Below, piece by piece: positions 1 to 8,426 of a DNA stretch of 57,734 bases (position 1 is its first letter; each line of letters starts with the position of its first letter). The position numbers and the translations under genes were made by a program. The notes under the pieces are model-generated. The model made no database searches. It saw nothing but the letters and a program-made list of their open reading frames with translations, and had not been told where the DNA came from. The stretch is from positions 1 to 57,734 of the IMG/VR virus record IMGVR_UViG_3300030107_006967; one strand, written 5' to 3'. Origin of the DNA: a virus. Its lineage: Duplodnaviria; Caudoviricetes.

Positions 1-698
1 TATCTCTCAGGTGACTTTGGGTAAGTTGGGTTTTTGCCGTTGCGTGGACCTCGGATTCCCATTTCGTGCATTAGAACCTTGGAGCGGATTCTTGCCATCG
101 TCTCACCGTAGTCAAAGATTTGTGTCTGGGCCTCTGTTAAATCTGAGATGACCAGCAAGTCATTATCCCCTTGCTTGGCTCCGTTTCTAAGCGAGGGATA
201 GAAAAACATTTCGGACACAAAGTTATCATCCGTCTTTACATATTCTAGGTGGTTGTCCCCGCAAGACCTAATGTCTACCCAGTCATAAACTTTATACTTG
301 TGGAAAGTATTTTTAATCTTTATGACCTCGCCAACTTCGTAGTAGTAGTTACGGGATTTGGTCTTAACTACAACCAGATCGTTCTCTTCCCTGATGGCTA
401 TATCTTTTAGCCCAAATGGAAGCAGACCAGAGCAAGACATCACAAACACTAGTCGGTTCCATAGTTCTAGTTTGGGTGTTCCAAACTTGGCGGTTCCGTC
501 TAGGCTGGTCATGTTTATCTCTATTTTCTCGTGGTTAAACAAGTGTAGTGGGAAATCAAGAGGAAGAAACTCAAATGGTGTTGGCTCAATAACTTCCTTG
601 AAAATAAATGTATAGTTGTTTAGGTAAGCGTAGATTAAGGCGGAAAGGTCTGAGCCTATTACAAGTTTGTTTACTTTGTAGTGGTGATTTTGCCGCAT
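1..698 (-). CDS. Hypothetical protein, truncated by the window start (not in the ORF track)
   Basis: Manual translation from ATG at 698: MRQNHHYKVNKLVIGSDLSALIYAYLNN...GIRGPRNGKNPTYPKSPER, open to the window edge; overlaps the end of 671..994. Confidence 0.7.
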   Translation of the reverse strand, partial: MRQNHHYKVNKLVIGSDLSALIYAYLNNYTFIFKEVIEPTPFEFLPLDFPLHLFNHEKIEINMTSLDGTAKFGTPKLELWNRLVFVMSCSGLLPFGLKDIAIREENDLVVVKTKSRNYYYEVGEVIKIKNTFHKYKVYDWVDIRSCGDNHLEYVKTDDNFVSEMFFYPSLRNGAKQGDNDLLVISDLTEAQTQIFDYGETMARIRSKVLMHEMGIRGPRNGKNPTYPKSPER

Positions 699-994
699 TT
701 AATGTAGTCAGTTTCTTCTTTATTCTCTTCTACATTATCATCAAACGATGGCTTTTTAAAGGATTCAGCAGCATCTTTTGGGATGTCGGATTGCTTCTTT
801 GTCCAGTTAGTAAACAAGTTTTTGTTATTCAACTGCTTGAGAAGCTCTTCATTCTCTTCAAGAAGTTGCTCAAAGTCTTCGTCCTTATCAATCTTAATCT
901 TGTATGTGATGTACTCACCTTCTTTTGGTTGTTCTGCAAACACAGGACCCGCTGTTGCCATAATACCAGCAATAACAATAATAGCAGCTTTCAT
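671..994 (-). CDS. Small secreted protein with Sec signal peptide
   Basis: MKAAIIVIAGIMATAGPVFA-EQP (AxA-type cleavage); GAGG SD upstream. Confidence 0.7.
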   Translation of the reverse strand: MKAAIIVIAGIMATAGPVFAEQPKEGEYITYKIKIDKDEDFEQLLEENEELLKQLNNKNLFTNWTKKQSDIPKDAAESFKKPSFDDNVEENKEETDYIKCGKITTTK

Positions 995-1012
995 TAAAAT
1001 TTACCTCTTTAC

Positions 1013-1040
1013 AAAAAAATAAGGCACGGGGAGTGCCTTT
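1013..1040 (-). terminator. Rho-independent terminator
   Basis: Stem AAGGCAC/GTGCCTT with 5-nt loop followed by a T-run on the minus strand. Confidence 0.6.
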
Positions 1041-1064
1041 CTACCACTTGTGTGGTTTCGTTTG

Positions 1065-1072
1065 TAAATAGT
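1065..1072 (-). promoter_or_regulatory. ACTATTTA motif (putative late promoter)
   Basis: Same motif recurs in intergenic gaps upstream of structural genes. Confidence 0.4.
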
Positions 1073-1097
1073 CCTTAAGTATAGAAAAAGACATTAT

Positions 1098-1400
1098 TTA
1101 TTCTTCTTCTACGAACATTCCTACGACATAGTTTTCAAGAACGATTTCGTGCTCTTTCCCCACCACGCTTACATTCTCGACCATAGACCCATCTACAACA
1201 ACTTTTGTTCCTTGTTGGTAAAGAAGTTTATTGTAAATGTCGTCTCGCTTGCAATCTGCTGCGGAAGCTAAAACCGTTGCCACAACATATTTGTCTTTGG
1301 GAATTACATAACCCTCTGGCAAGAGAACCCCGCTGTTGTCGGAGTCCTCTTGCTTTTGAGTTTCAATAAGTAAGTATCTATTTTGCGGATTGAATCTCAT
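1098..1400 (-). CDS. groES: GroES-like co-chaperonin (functional analogue of T4 gp31)
   Basis: 100 aa; MRFNPQNRYLLIE...SGVLLPE (mobile loop)...ATVLA...GTKVVV...HEIVLENYVVG follows the Cpn10 pattern. Confidence 0.7.
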   Translation of the reverse strand: MRFNPQNRYLLIETQKQEDSDNSGVLLPEGYVIPKDKYVVATVLASAADCKRDDIYNKLLYQQGTKVVVDGSMVENVSVVGKEHEIVLENYVVGMFVEEE

Positions 1401-1408
1401 CTCACCCC

Positions 1409-1654
1409 CTAGTATGGTACCTTAGAAACTTTCTCGTACATATCAAGCAACTGTTCAATGTCTTCGTCGTTCTTCAACATACGATAGGCACGAATAGCAG
1501 AAGAGAGTTCTTCTTTACTAAGCCATCCGTTCTGGACATAGCTTTTCTTGAGATCTTTCCGATGCTCTTGGTAAGGCAACATCTCTGCCTCTACCTCGGC
1601 GAGGGCACGAATAAAGTTCCCAATGTACTCTTGTTTAGTTTTGTCGTCAGACAT
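1409..1654 (-). CDS. Small helical DNA-binding protein, GapR/DUF2312- or T4 DsbA-like
   Basis: 81 aa; FIRALAEVEAEM...RKDLKKSY..NG.LSKEELSSAIRAYR pattern; GGAGG SD. Confidence 0.5.
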   Translation of the reverse strand: MSDDKTKQEYIGNFIRALAEVEAEMLPYQEHRKDLKKSYVQNGWLSKEELSSAIRAYRMLKNDEDIEQLLDMYEKVSKVPY

Positions 1655-1685
1655 TCTTTCCTCCGGTTGTCTAAGTTACATATAC

Positions 1686-1722
1686 ATAATATACATTTCT
1701 ACGAAAATGTCAAGCACTTTTT
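1686..1722 (-). promoter_or_regulatory. Sigma70-type early promoter
   Basis: AAAAAAGTGC-TTGACA-16 nt-TATTAT upstream of the 1409..1654 gene. Confidence 0.65.
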
Positions 1723-3590
1723 TACTTAATTTCGCAAGCACCGCCAGCACAGGCGAGTTCCCCTGAGAGGTCTGTATTATCTTCTATCTCTACGACCTTT
1801 GTGAGGTCTACTTTTTCCAATGTGTTCAACATAGCCTCGTAGGTCTCTTTAGAGCAATCTTCGAATGGCGCTTGCTTGTAGGTTCCGCCGTCATGAGGAA
1901 GAACTGACAAGCCGTTATAAACATCTCTATTTTCCCACATCCACTCACCAACATCAGCCCATTCTGCATCCTTGATAGAAATGGTGGCGGATACATTATG
2001 TGTGTTTTGACCATTTCTGGTTCCCGGCTTAACCCACTCGCCACTAATCTTAGCTACTCTTTTTAACAGAGACAAGGCGCTCTCTGTTCTCATAATAGCG
2101 CCTTCGGGGGCTTTTTGTGGGACAGAAATCACTGCTGTGTCGTGCGGTCTAAAGTATTCATCCTCAACCATATCTGGATGGAAGATGGAGAGATAGGAGT
2201 AGATTGCCTCATTTTTACCAACGCGGAGGCGACGAATATAATAATCATTATGCCAAGCATGAATGCCACTAGAGGTTCCTACGGTCAAAGATGTCGTTCC
2301 CGCTGGTTTAACTGTGGTTGTTCTGGCAGCTTTTTTTATTCCGATGAGCTTGGCTACTCTTTCATTCTCCATCTTAACAACTTTACAAGCCTCACTTGTA
2401 TCAAGTGTAAGAATCTTTCCCGATGCTATCCCGGTCATACTTACACCAATAAGTGCCTCCCTCTCTGTTGTTCTTCTCCATATATCCCGAAGATAGTGAA
2501 AATCTGTATAACCAGCTTGAAGCGTACCAATAAGCGCTGCTGCCTTAACGCGACTATTTAACTCTCCCTGACTTTCCACATCGCTCACATTCACCTCTGT
2601 CAGATTGCAAAACTGGTATGGGCGGAGGGCGATTTCGCAGCAAGGGTTGGTCCCCCAGTCTTTATCATTAGAAAAATAAAAACCGGGCTCTCCGCTACCG
2701 GATTCTTTCACTCTCTCCCAAAGATCTTGGAAGTATTCTTTCGTAATGCGGTGTCGAAGGAGCACAACAGAATTGTTAGCTCTACCTCTCTGTGGGGCTG
2801 TCTCCCACCAGTTGCCTGTCTTTGCGGCGATCATTTCATTATCGTCTGCTGAAAATAAAGATATTAGTGCGGCTCTGCGGATGCCACCTGCCAAAACTGC
2901 ATCTGCGATGTGACAGATCATATCGTGGGCTTCAATAGTGGATAGCTTGTCTCCATTTTCTTTTGCTTCAAACATACCCTGCAATTTAACCAAGCACTCT
3001 TTTAGTGGCTGTGGTCCGGGGGCTTTTCCGCCAGATGTAACAAGGCGGGAGCCCTTGGGTCTAATGTCGGAGTAGTCAAATCTTAACTTTGAACCACCCT
3101 TAAAGTAAGACTGGACGAGAGCCTTTACAGCATCTGCCCACCCCTCTATCGAATCATTTACTAAAAATCGGCGAGTTCTTTTGGATGCTGGTTTTTGAAT
3201 CTCTGGTAGCTTTTCTACGTGGTGCTTTTGCACACTATAGCCTACCCCCGTACCCCCCAGCAGCAAAAACATAATCTCACTAAATACTCGCCAATCATCA
3301 ATTGGCGCAAAGGCGCAGTTGTAAATGCGATTGGGTGCCACCTCGATGGGCTTACCCCCAAACTGCATTGAGCGCATAGATGGTAATACTTTTTTTTCAT
3401 AAACCATCTTGTAAGCACTATAAATTTCCTCTTTTAATTCTGGATATTTTTTAACGTGCATAGCCCTATTTCTATTCACGATTTCTTTCCAAGTTTCTCT
3501 TCGCTCCTTCTTAGGGAGATAACGTGCGTATTTCATATGCACGGTGATATCTGACAAAATGTCTCTCGCTACCTTATCCTTATCTGTCAT
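1722..3590 (-). CDS. nrdJ: Class II (adenosylcobalamin-dependent) ribonucleotide reductase; probable start at MTDKDK (3590)
   Basis: LPSMRSMQFGG, YNCAF, GGIRRAALI, TNPCCEI (thiyl radical Cys), TTVKPAGTTS, C-terminal CAGGACE redox pair. Confidence 0.9.
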   Translation of the reverse strand: MTDKDKVARDILSDITVHMKYARYLPKKERRETWKEIVNRNRAMHVKKYPELKEEIYSAYKMVYEKKVLPSMRSMQFGGKPIEVAPNRIYNCAFAPIDDWRVFSEIMFLLLGGTGVGYSVQKHHVEKLPEIQKPASKRTRRFLVNDSIEGWADAVKALVQSYFKGGSKLRFDYSDIRPKGSRLVTSGGKAPGPQPLKECLVKLQGMFEAKENGDKLSTIEAHDMICHIADAVLAGGIRRAALISLFSADDNEMIAAKTGNWWETAPQRGRANNSVVLLRHRITKEYFQDLWERVKESGSGEPGFYFSNDKDWGTNPCCEIALRPYQFCNLTEVNVSDVESQGELNSRVKAAALIGTLQAGYTDFHYLRDIWRRTTEREALIGVSMTGIASGKILTLDTSEACKVVKMENERVAKLIGIKKAARTTTVKPAGTTSLTVGTSSGIHAWHNDYYIRRLRVGKNEAIYSYLSIFHPDMVEDEYFRPHDTAVISVPQKAPEGAIMRTESALSLLKRVAKISGEWVKPGTRNGQNTHNVSATISIKDAEWADVGEWMWENRDVYNGLSVLPHDGGTYKQAPFEDCSKETYEAMLNTLEKVDLTKVVEIEDNTDLSGELACAGGACEIK

Positions 3591-3603
3591 TCGCTTAACC
3601 CCT

Positions 3604-4956
3604 TTATTTCTTAAATTCATTGTATATTTTATTTATTTTTTCAGATTGAACTTTGGAATCTGGTTTTTGCACGTCGTCCAACTCACTCTCTAAAACCTCC
3701 AAACTGATATTTGAAGTATCCATTCGAATCGGAAATGGTATTCCGTCTTTGCCGTTTCTGTTTTTAGCTACAAAAAACCTACCTGTGTTGTTCTTCTTAT
3801 CGGTTATGGTACGAGATAAGGAGAAAATAAAGTCAGCCACAAAGCATTTGCTGAACGCCTCTGAAATTGACTCCATCGTAATTAATTCTGCATTAAGACC
3901 AGAACGATTTGTTTGAGATGCAGTCCAGACTGGGCATTCAAATATTTGAGCAATCGCTCTCAGTTCTTCATATATCGACTCCAGATCATGTCTCTTTTCG
4001 CTGCCACGAGGGGCAGATACTGGTTTTAGCAAATCCCCGTAATCAACTATGATCATATCGATTGGAACACCCTGTTGTTTAAGTTTGTCCAAATGCGCTC
4101 GTATGGTATTTGTACTAGCGGATTTCGTTGGATACTCTTTAATTATAACATTCCCATCAATATCTTTAACCTTTTCATAAATTTGTTCCTTAAGAGAAAA
4201 CAAATCCTGTAGCTGTACCCCAGTTAGACAACTGTCATATCTTTGACCGATTGTTGTATGACACAACTCCAAAGTGTAATGAATCACATTTAATCCTGCT
4301 TTTACCGCTTGTGCCCCAAGATGTACCAAAACCATAGATTTACCAGCCCCAGTTGGAGCAATGACAACACCAAGCTCTCCACTTCCCAAGCCTCCTTTGC
4401 AGATATCGTCAACCCTTTCCCACCCAGTCGAGACCGGGTTTCTGGCTCTTAAGACATACCTGTCTTCAAAATCTTTTTTGTAATCATATCCGTAATTGCT
4501 ATCTGCGCCCAACTTAAGGGCGTCATTAATTACTGTGCTGATTTCGTCAAAAGATGAATTGTTCAAAAGTTTTACCGATTTCATCATCGCTTCTTTTAGC
4601 TTTTGCTTCTTACAAAAGTCTAAGGAAGTTTCCCTGACATAATCCGCATCCCTAATTATCTCGACATCGGTTATAGACCTCTTAAAATATTCAACAACCT
4701 GTTCTTTAACAGCGCTGTCATCATCGGATATGTCAGATTTTATCAATGATCCCACAGCCTTCAGCGATGGATGGGCATCATATTTTTTTTTGTAATCATA
4801 AATTTTAGAAACTAAAACCTGTAGATATTTTAGCTCCAAGAAAGATATGTCTAGAACTTCTCCTATCTGATCGCAAAAAGGTCTTTCCGTTATAATCAGA
4901 TAAGCCAACTTTTCTTGAAAGTCTTTCCCATATTTTGAAAAACTTGCCTGCTCCAT
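3604..4956 (-). CDS. Replicative DnaB-like helicase (T4 gp41-like)
   Basis: Walker A APTGAGKS, YTLE, IIVDYGDLL, WTASQTNR, KNRNG. Confidence 0.9.
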   Translation of the reverse strand: MEQASFSKYGKDFQEKLAYLIITERPFCDQIGEVLDISFLELKYLQVLVSKIYDYKKKYDAHPSLKAVGSLIKSDISDDDSAVKEQVVEYFKRSITDVEIIRDADYVRETSLDFCKKQKLKEAMMKSVKLLNNSSFDEISTVINDALKLGADSNYGYDYKKDFEDRYVLRARNPVSTGWERVDDICKGGLGSGELGVVIAPTGAGKSMVLVHLGAQAVKAGLNVIHYTLELCHTTIGQRYDSCLTGVQLQDLFSLKEQIYEKVKDIDGNVIIKEYPTKSASTNTIRAHLDKLKQQGVPIDMIIVDYGDLLKPVSAPRGSEKRHDLESIYEELRAIAQIFECPVWTASQTNRSGLNAELITMESISEAFSKCFVADFIFSLSRTITDKKNNTGRFFVAKNRNGKDGIPFPIRMDTSNISLEVLESELDDVQKPDSKVQSEKINKIYNEFKK

Positions 4957-5927
4957 TAATTACCTTCCTTACTCTGCACTACCATTTTTCGAAACTGAGC
5001 AAATAAATCGGCTAAGTCATACGCGCCGAAACCATCAATCATCATCATAGTTTGGACACCCGTCTTGTTAAACATTAGCTTCGGGTCTCTTAACATACCC
5101 CTAATATACTGTGCGCTTTGGGCTGAGATATTGGGGGCATACAACTGCATCATCTTGTAGTTCTTTTCAATCAGTTCTCTTTTTTCTACCGTGTTCTTGA
5201 AGACTTTGAGTTTGCTATCAACACCCTCGGCATACTCAACTAGTTCTTGTATGGTGTATGATTTTTCCTCAGAAAGAAAAGGAAATCGCTTAGATACAGT
5301 CGCCAAACCCGCTCCGCCGATGCCGGGAAGGTTGTCACTCTTGTCACCTGCGATTGCTCTAGCAAGTGCGAAGTTTGTTGGATGAATCTCAAACTGCTCT
5401 AGAATTCTTTTCTTGTTAAGAATCTCTTTTTGGATTGGTCTATAAAGAATAGTTGAGTCGTCACATAGTTGGATAAAGTCTTTGTCTGAGCTTAGGATAA
5501 TTTTGTGATATTCGGACAGGGCTTGAGACTGAGAAACTAGAGCGATAATATCATCAGCCTCCACATTCTCAACATAGGATTGCATGATAGGCATCTCATT
5601 AAGATACTCAATGAGTCTTTCCTGTTGCCAGTTCTTGTTGTCTTCTTGTTCGCCAGCAGTCATATTGTGGATGTCTCTGTTAAGGCGAACAGGCTTACGA
5701 CCAGCCTTGTAGTTCTTGTCTATAGACTTGCGCTTTTGGGAGCCGCCATCCCAAGCAACAAAGATTAGATCTGGATTAATAGTTCTGCAAACAGATTGTA
5801 GTGATTTGATAAAGCCTTTGGTGCCCCCGATGGGTTGACCATTTGTAGACAAGCTGGGGTCTACAATATAGTTTCTCATAAAAAGATTAAGTGCGTCAAT
5901 AAGTAATACTCTTTTTTTACTCGTCAT
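4956..5927 (-). CDS. 5'-3' exonuclease / RNase H (T4 rnh-like, FEN family)
   Basis: LLIDALNL, AWDG, YKAGR, VEADDII, SSDKDFIQL, GDKSDNLPGIGG. Confidence 0.9.
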   Translation of the reverse strand: MTSKKRVLLIDALNLFMRNYIVDPSLSTNGQPIGGTKGFIKSLQSVCRTINPDLIFVAWDGGSQKRKSIDKNYKAGRKPVRLNRDIHNMTAGEQEDNKNWQQERLIEYLNEMPIMQSYVENVEADDIIALVSQSQALSEYHKIILSSDKDFIQLCDDSTILYRPIQKEILNKKRILEQFEIHPTNFALARAIAGDKSDNLPGIGGAGLATVSKRFPFLSEEKSYTIQELVEYAEGVDSKLKVFKNTVEKRELIEKNYKMMQLYAPNISAQSAQYIRGMLRDPKLMFNKTGVQTMMMIDGFGAYDLADLFAQFRKMVVQSKEGN

Positions 5928-6093
5928 TATTAAGCTCGATGTTAAGTTCCTTTAAGATTTGTTCCAATTCTTCTTCGAGCTTTCCCTTATCCTCTTCGCT
6001 AGCGTAGTCTTCGTTTTCCAAAGCATTAACAAAATAAAGCGCCTCTTCGACCAATTCGAGGTAATGCTCTAAAATGTTCCTCAAACTTTCCAT
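5917..6093 (-). CDS. Small acidic hypothetical protein (probable start MESLRN at 6093)
   Basis: GAGGAG SD before ATG at 6093; the longer 6174 start overlaps the promoter. Confidence 0.6.
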   Translation of the reverse strand: MESLRNILEHYLELVEEALYFVNALENEDYASEEDKGKLEEELEQILKELNIELNNDE

Positions 6094-6124
6094 ATAAAAT
6101 TCTCCTCTTATACATATAGGCACT

Positions 6125-6165
6125 AAAAAAGGAAAAGCCCCACTGACTATAAAGTAAGTGGGGCT
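6125..6165 (-). terminator. Terminator hairpin overlapping a promoter
   Basis: AGCCCCACT (6136-6144)/AGTGGGGCT (6157-6165) inverted repeat, followed by T-runs on the minus strand. Confidence 0.55.
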
Positions 6166-6184
6166 AAAAGTCAAGAACTATTTT
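6146..6184 (-). promoter_or_regulatory. Sigma70-type promoter
   Basis: AAAATAGTTC-TTGACT-17 nt-TATAGT. Confidence 0.65.
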
Positions 6185-6186
6185 TA

Positions 6187-6426
6187 TTATCGATAATACC
6201 AGTGGGTTCTCGTTCTTATTACTTTTTTTACTCTACGGGGGTAGTGTTTTTTTATAACTACACGGTCGCGATAATAGCCCCTGTGTATATATTTAGGGGC
6301 ACTACGGTAGACCGTATAAGAAGGTGCAGTATATTCATATTCAACCACAGGGGCTGGGCGTGGGATGTATACCGCACAGCCAGATGCAAATGCTGCCAGA
6401 AACGAAATAATAATTATTTTCTTCAT
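6187..6426 (-). CDS. Small basic lipoprotein
   Basis: MKKIIIISFLAAFASG-C lipobox; Tyr/Arg/Pro-rich mature part; GGAG SD. Confidence 0.7.
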   Translation of the reverse strand: MKKIIIISFLAAFASGCAVYIPRPAPVVEYEYTAPSYTVYRSAPKYIHRGYYRDRVVIKKHYPRRVKKVIRTRTHWYYR

Positions 6427-6465
6427 CTTTTTCTCCGTTACAAATTAGACGAATTACTTATATAT

Positions 6466-7569
6466 TTATTCATCTTCTTGTTCATAAAAGTCCTCTGCTT
6501 TTCCAAGGCGCTTATCGAACTTCTGGATCACCTCTTCATCCATAACATCATAGACACGCTGTTTGAAGGCGGGGTCCTTCATCTTCTCATCCCACTTGGA
6601 TGGTTGGAACTTTACTGCTTTGCCGTCGCTCATCTCCAAGGAATACCAAGCGCCCGAACTCGTCATATAATTTGAACCCTTGATAGCCTCGAACAGACTC
6701 TGGTCGTCTTGGACTCCAATATCTTCGGTACCCCAGAGAATCTTGAAGTTGCATTGGCGACCCTGTGTTCCAAACCTACTCTTCTCCAGCTTGACCTTGA
6801 CCTCGGACCCAATGCGGAAGCCGCTTTCATCAAGAACAAAAGAAGCCTTAGCCTTGCGACCCGTAAGCCAGACACGCAAAGAATATGCGTAAATCATAGC
6901 CTTGCCACCGGGAGTGACATATGGAGTGGTCAGAGCCTCGCTTGGGCTTCTAGTAATATTGCTCTTCAACTGGTTCAGGACCAGAAAGGTTGATTGGCTG
7001 TTTGCAATCGGTACGGTCAGCTTTGACATTCCTTTAGCTAGAATTCTTGCCTTTACTGCCATGGAAGACTGTGGATTAAAGTCTCCTTCCACGTCGGAAA
7101 TAGCAGGTGTAAGAGCAAGAGAATCCCAAATGAAAAGCATACGATTTTCATTGTTAGCCAAAAGATCCTCGATAGTTTCAAGCACAAACTCAACAGACTG
7201 AGCTTGAACATATAATAAAGTACTAACATCGCATCCTGCCTTTTCCAAGAACGAAGGGTCAATAGCAGACTCGGAATCGAAATAGATAACGTCAATTCCC
7301 TTTTTCTGTGCATTTGCTGCGACTTGCGCTGCCATGTATGATTTACCTGTTGCTTCAAGACCTGCAATCTCCGTTACTTTGCCGACTGGAATACCAGCCA
7401 GCTTTCCTTTACAAATAATAGAATCTAGCCATCTAGACCCTGTGGGAATCCAATCCGTAACTTCGGTTGGGTTTTCCTCGTTTAGGTTATGTGCCACAGT
7501 CATACCCGCTCGCTTATTGATTAGCTTACGCATATCAGCCATAGATAATTTACCTGCTGCTTTTGCCAT
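6466..7569 (-). CDS. recA: RecA/UvsX recombinase
   Basis: IPTGS, GIPVGKVTEIAGLEATGKS (Walker A), DSE, WDSL, NQL, TPGGKA. Confidence 0.92.
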   Translation of the reverse strand: MAKAAGKLSMADMRKLINKRAGMTVAHNLNEENPTEVTDWIPTGSRWLDSIICKGKLAGIPVGKVTEIAGLEATGKSYMAAQVAANAQKKGIDVIYFDSESAIDPSFLEKAGCDVSTLLYVQAQSVEFVLETIEDLLANNENRMLFIWDSLALTPAISDVEGDFNPQSSMAVKARILAKGMSKLTVPIANSQSTFLVLNQLKSNITRSPSEALTTPYVTPGGKAMIYAYSLRVWLTGRKAKASFVLDESGFRIGSEVKVKLEKSRFGTQGRQCNFKILWGTEDIGVQDDQSLFEAIKGSNYMTSSGAWYSLEMSDGKAVKFQPSKWDEKMKDPAFKQRVYDVMDEEVIQKFDKRLGKAEDFYEQEDE

Positions 7570-7580
7570 AATATCTCCTT

Positions 7581-7610
7581 AAAAACAAGGGGGGCGTTAG
7601 CCCCCCCCTC
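7581..7610 (-). terminator. Rho-independent terminator after the SSB gene
   Basis: GGGGGGC-GTTA-GCCCCCC stem followed by TTGTTTTT on the minus strand. Confidence 0.75.
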
Positions 7611-7612
7611 TG

Positions 7613-8356
7613 TCACCCAACAAGCTCTTGAAGTGCTGCTTCCACATCGTTTGATGGGGAGCTATACTTACTAGTCTCCTTGGAGTTCTCCTCCGCATCC
7701 AAGTCAGAATTCATCGCTTCGTCCAGAATAGCTGCCACATCTTCCGTGGTTTTTCTCTCAAAAAGAGTGTCAAAATCCGGGACGTTATCGATTAACTCCT
7801 GACAGTCTGTGTCGTCGGTTTCGCACAATGGCGATGACTTGCGACGGGGCGTCACAGAGGTGCGAGGATAAAGTTGACCGGGATCCTTGGCGTATTTCAA
7901 AACAAGGTCAACGCCTTCTTCAGAGTCCGTAATGTCTCCAAAGTCGGGATTTAAGACAAGGCTCAAGAGTTCTTGATAAACTGTCTTACTGTATCCCCAG
8001 ACACGGACACCTTCCTTTTCTTCGCCACGCACCATCACCGGAGAAAAGAAACGTTGTCGTGCGAAGAATTTCTTCGCCATATTGATGCTCTCTGTATCTC
8101 CCTGATTGAATAATTTTGTAGCGAAGTCGCACACAGGACACTCCTCTCCAAAATTTCTCTTTGGGCACAAGAAACCATTTTGCTTTCCCACATTGTAGTG
8201 GAAATGAAACTCTTTGAACGGGTCTCCGTCTTGAGATGGAAGAATTCGTACAGTATGTTCCCCCTCTGTGATTTTCCAAAAGTCAGATTTGCCACCTTTC
8301 CCATTGCCTTGGGCAGCAGCCAATTTTGCTTTCATTTTTTTAAGATCAATTGCCAT
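7613..8356 (-). CDS. Single-stranded DNA-binding protein (T4 gp32-like)
   Basis: FWK..G...VRILP, FHY...CP...G..CPVC Zn site, VWGY, DITD..G.D, acidic C-terminal tail; next to recA. Confidence 0.8.
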   Translation of the reverse strand: MAIDLKKMKAKLAAAQGNGKGGKSDFWKITEGEHTVRILPSQDGDPFKEFHFHYNVGKQNGFLCPKRNFGEECPVCDFATKLFNQGDTESINMAKKFFARQRFFSPVMVRGEEKEGVRVWGYSKTVYQELLSLVLNPDFGDITDSEEGVDLVLKYAKDPGQLYPRTSVTPRRKSSPLCETDDTDCQELIDNVPDFDTLFERKTTEDVAAILDEAMNSDLDAEENSKETSKYSSPSNDVEAALQELVG

Positions 8357-8386
8357 TAGTTCTCCTTCATTAAAAGTTATGTGTGT

Positions 8387-8425
8387 ATTCTAAAACACTA
8401 TTTTTTGTTTGTCAACACTTTTTTT
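8387..8425 (-). promoter_or_regulatory. Sigma70-type promoter for ssb-recA
   Basis: AAAAAAAGTG-TTGACA-17 nt-TAGAAT. Confidence 0.75.
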
Positions 8426-8426
8426 G

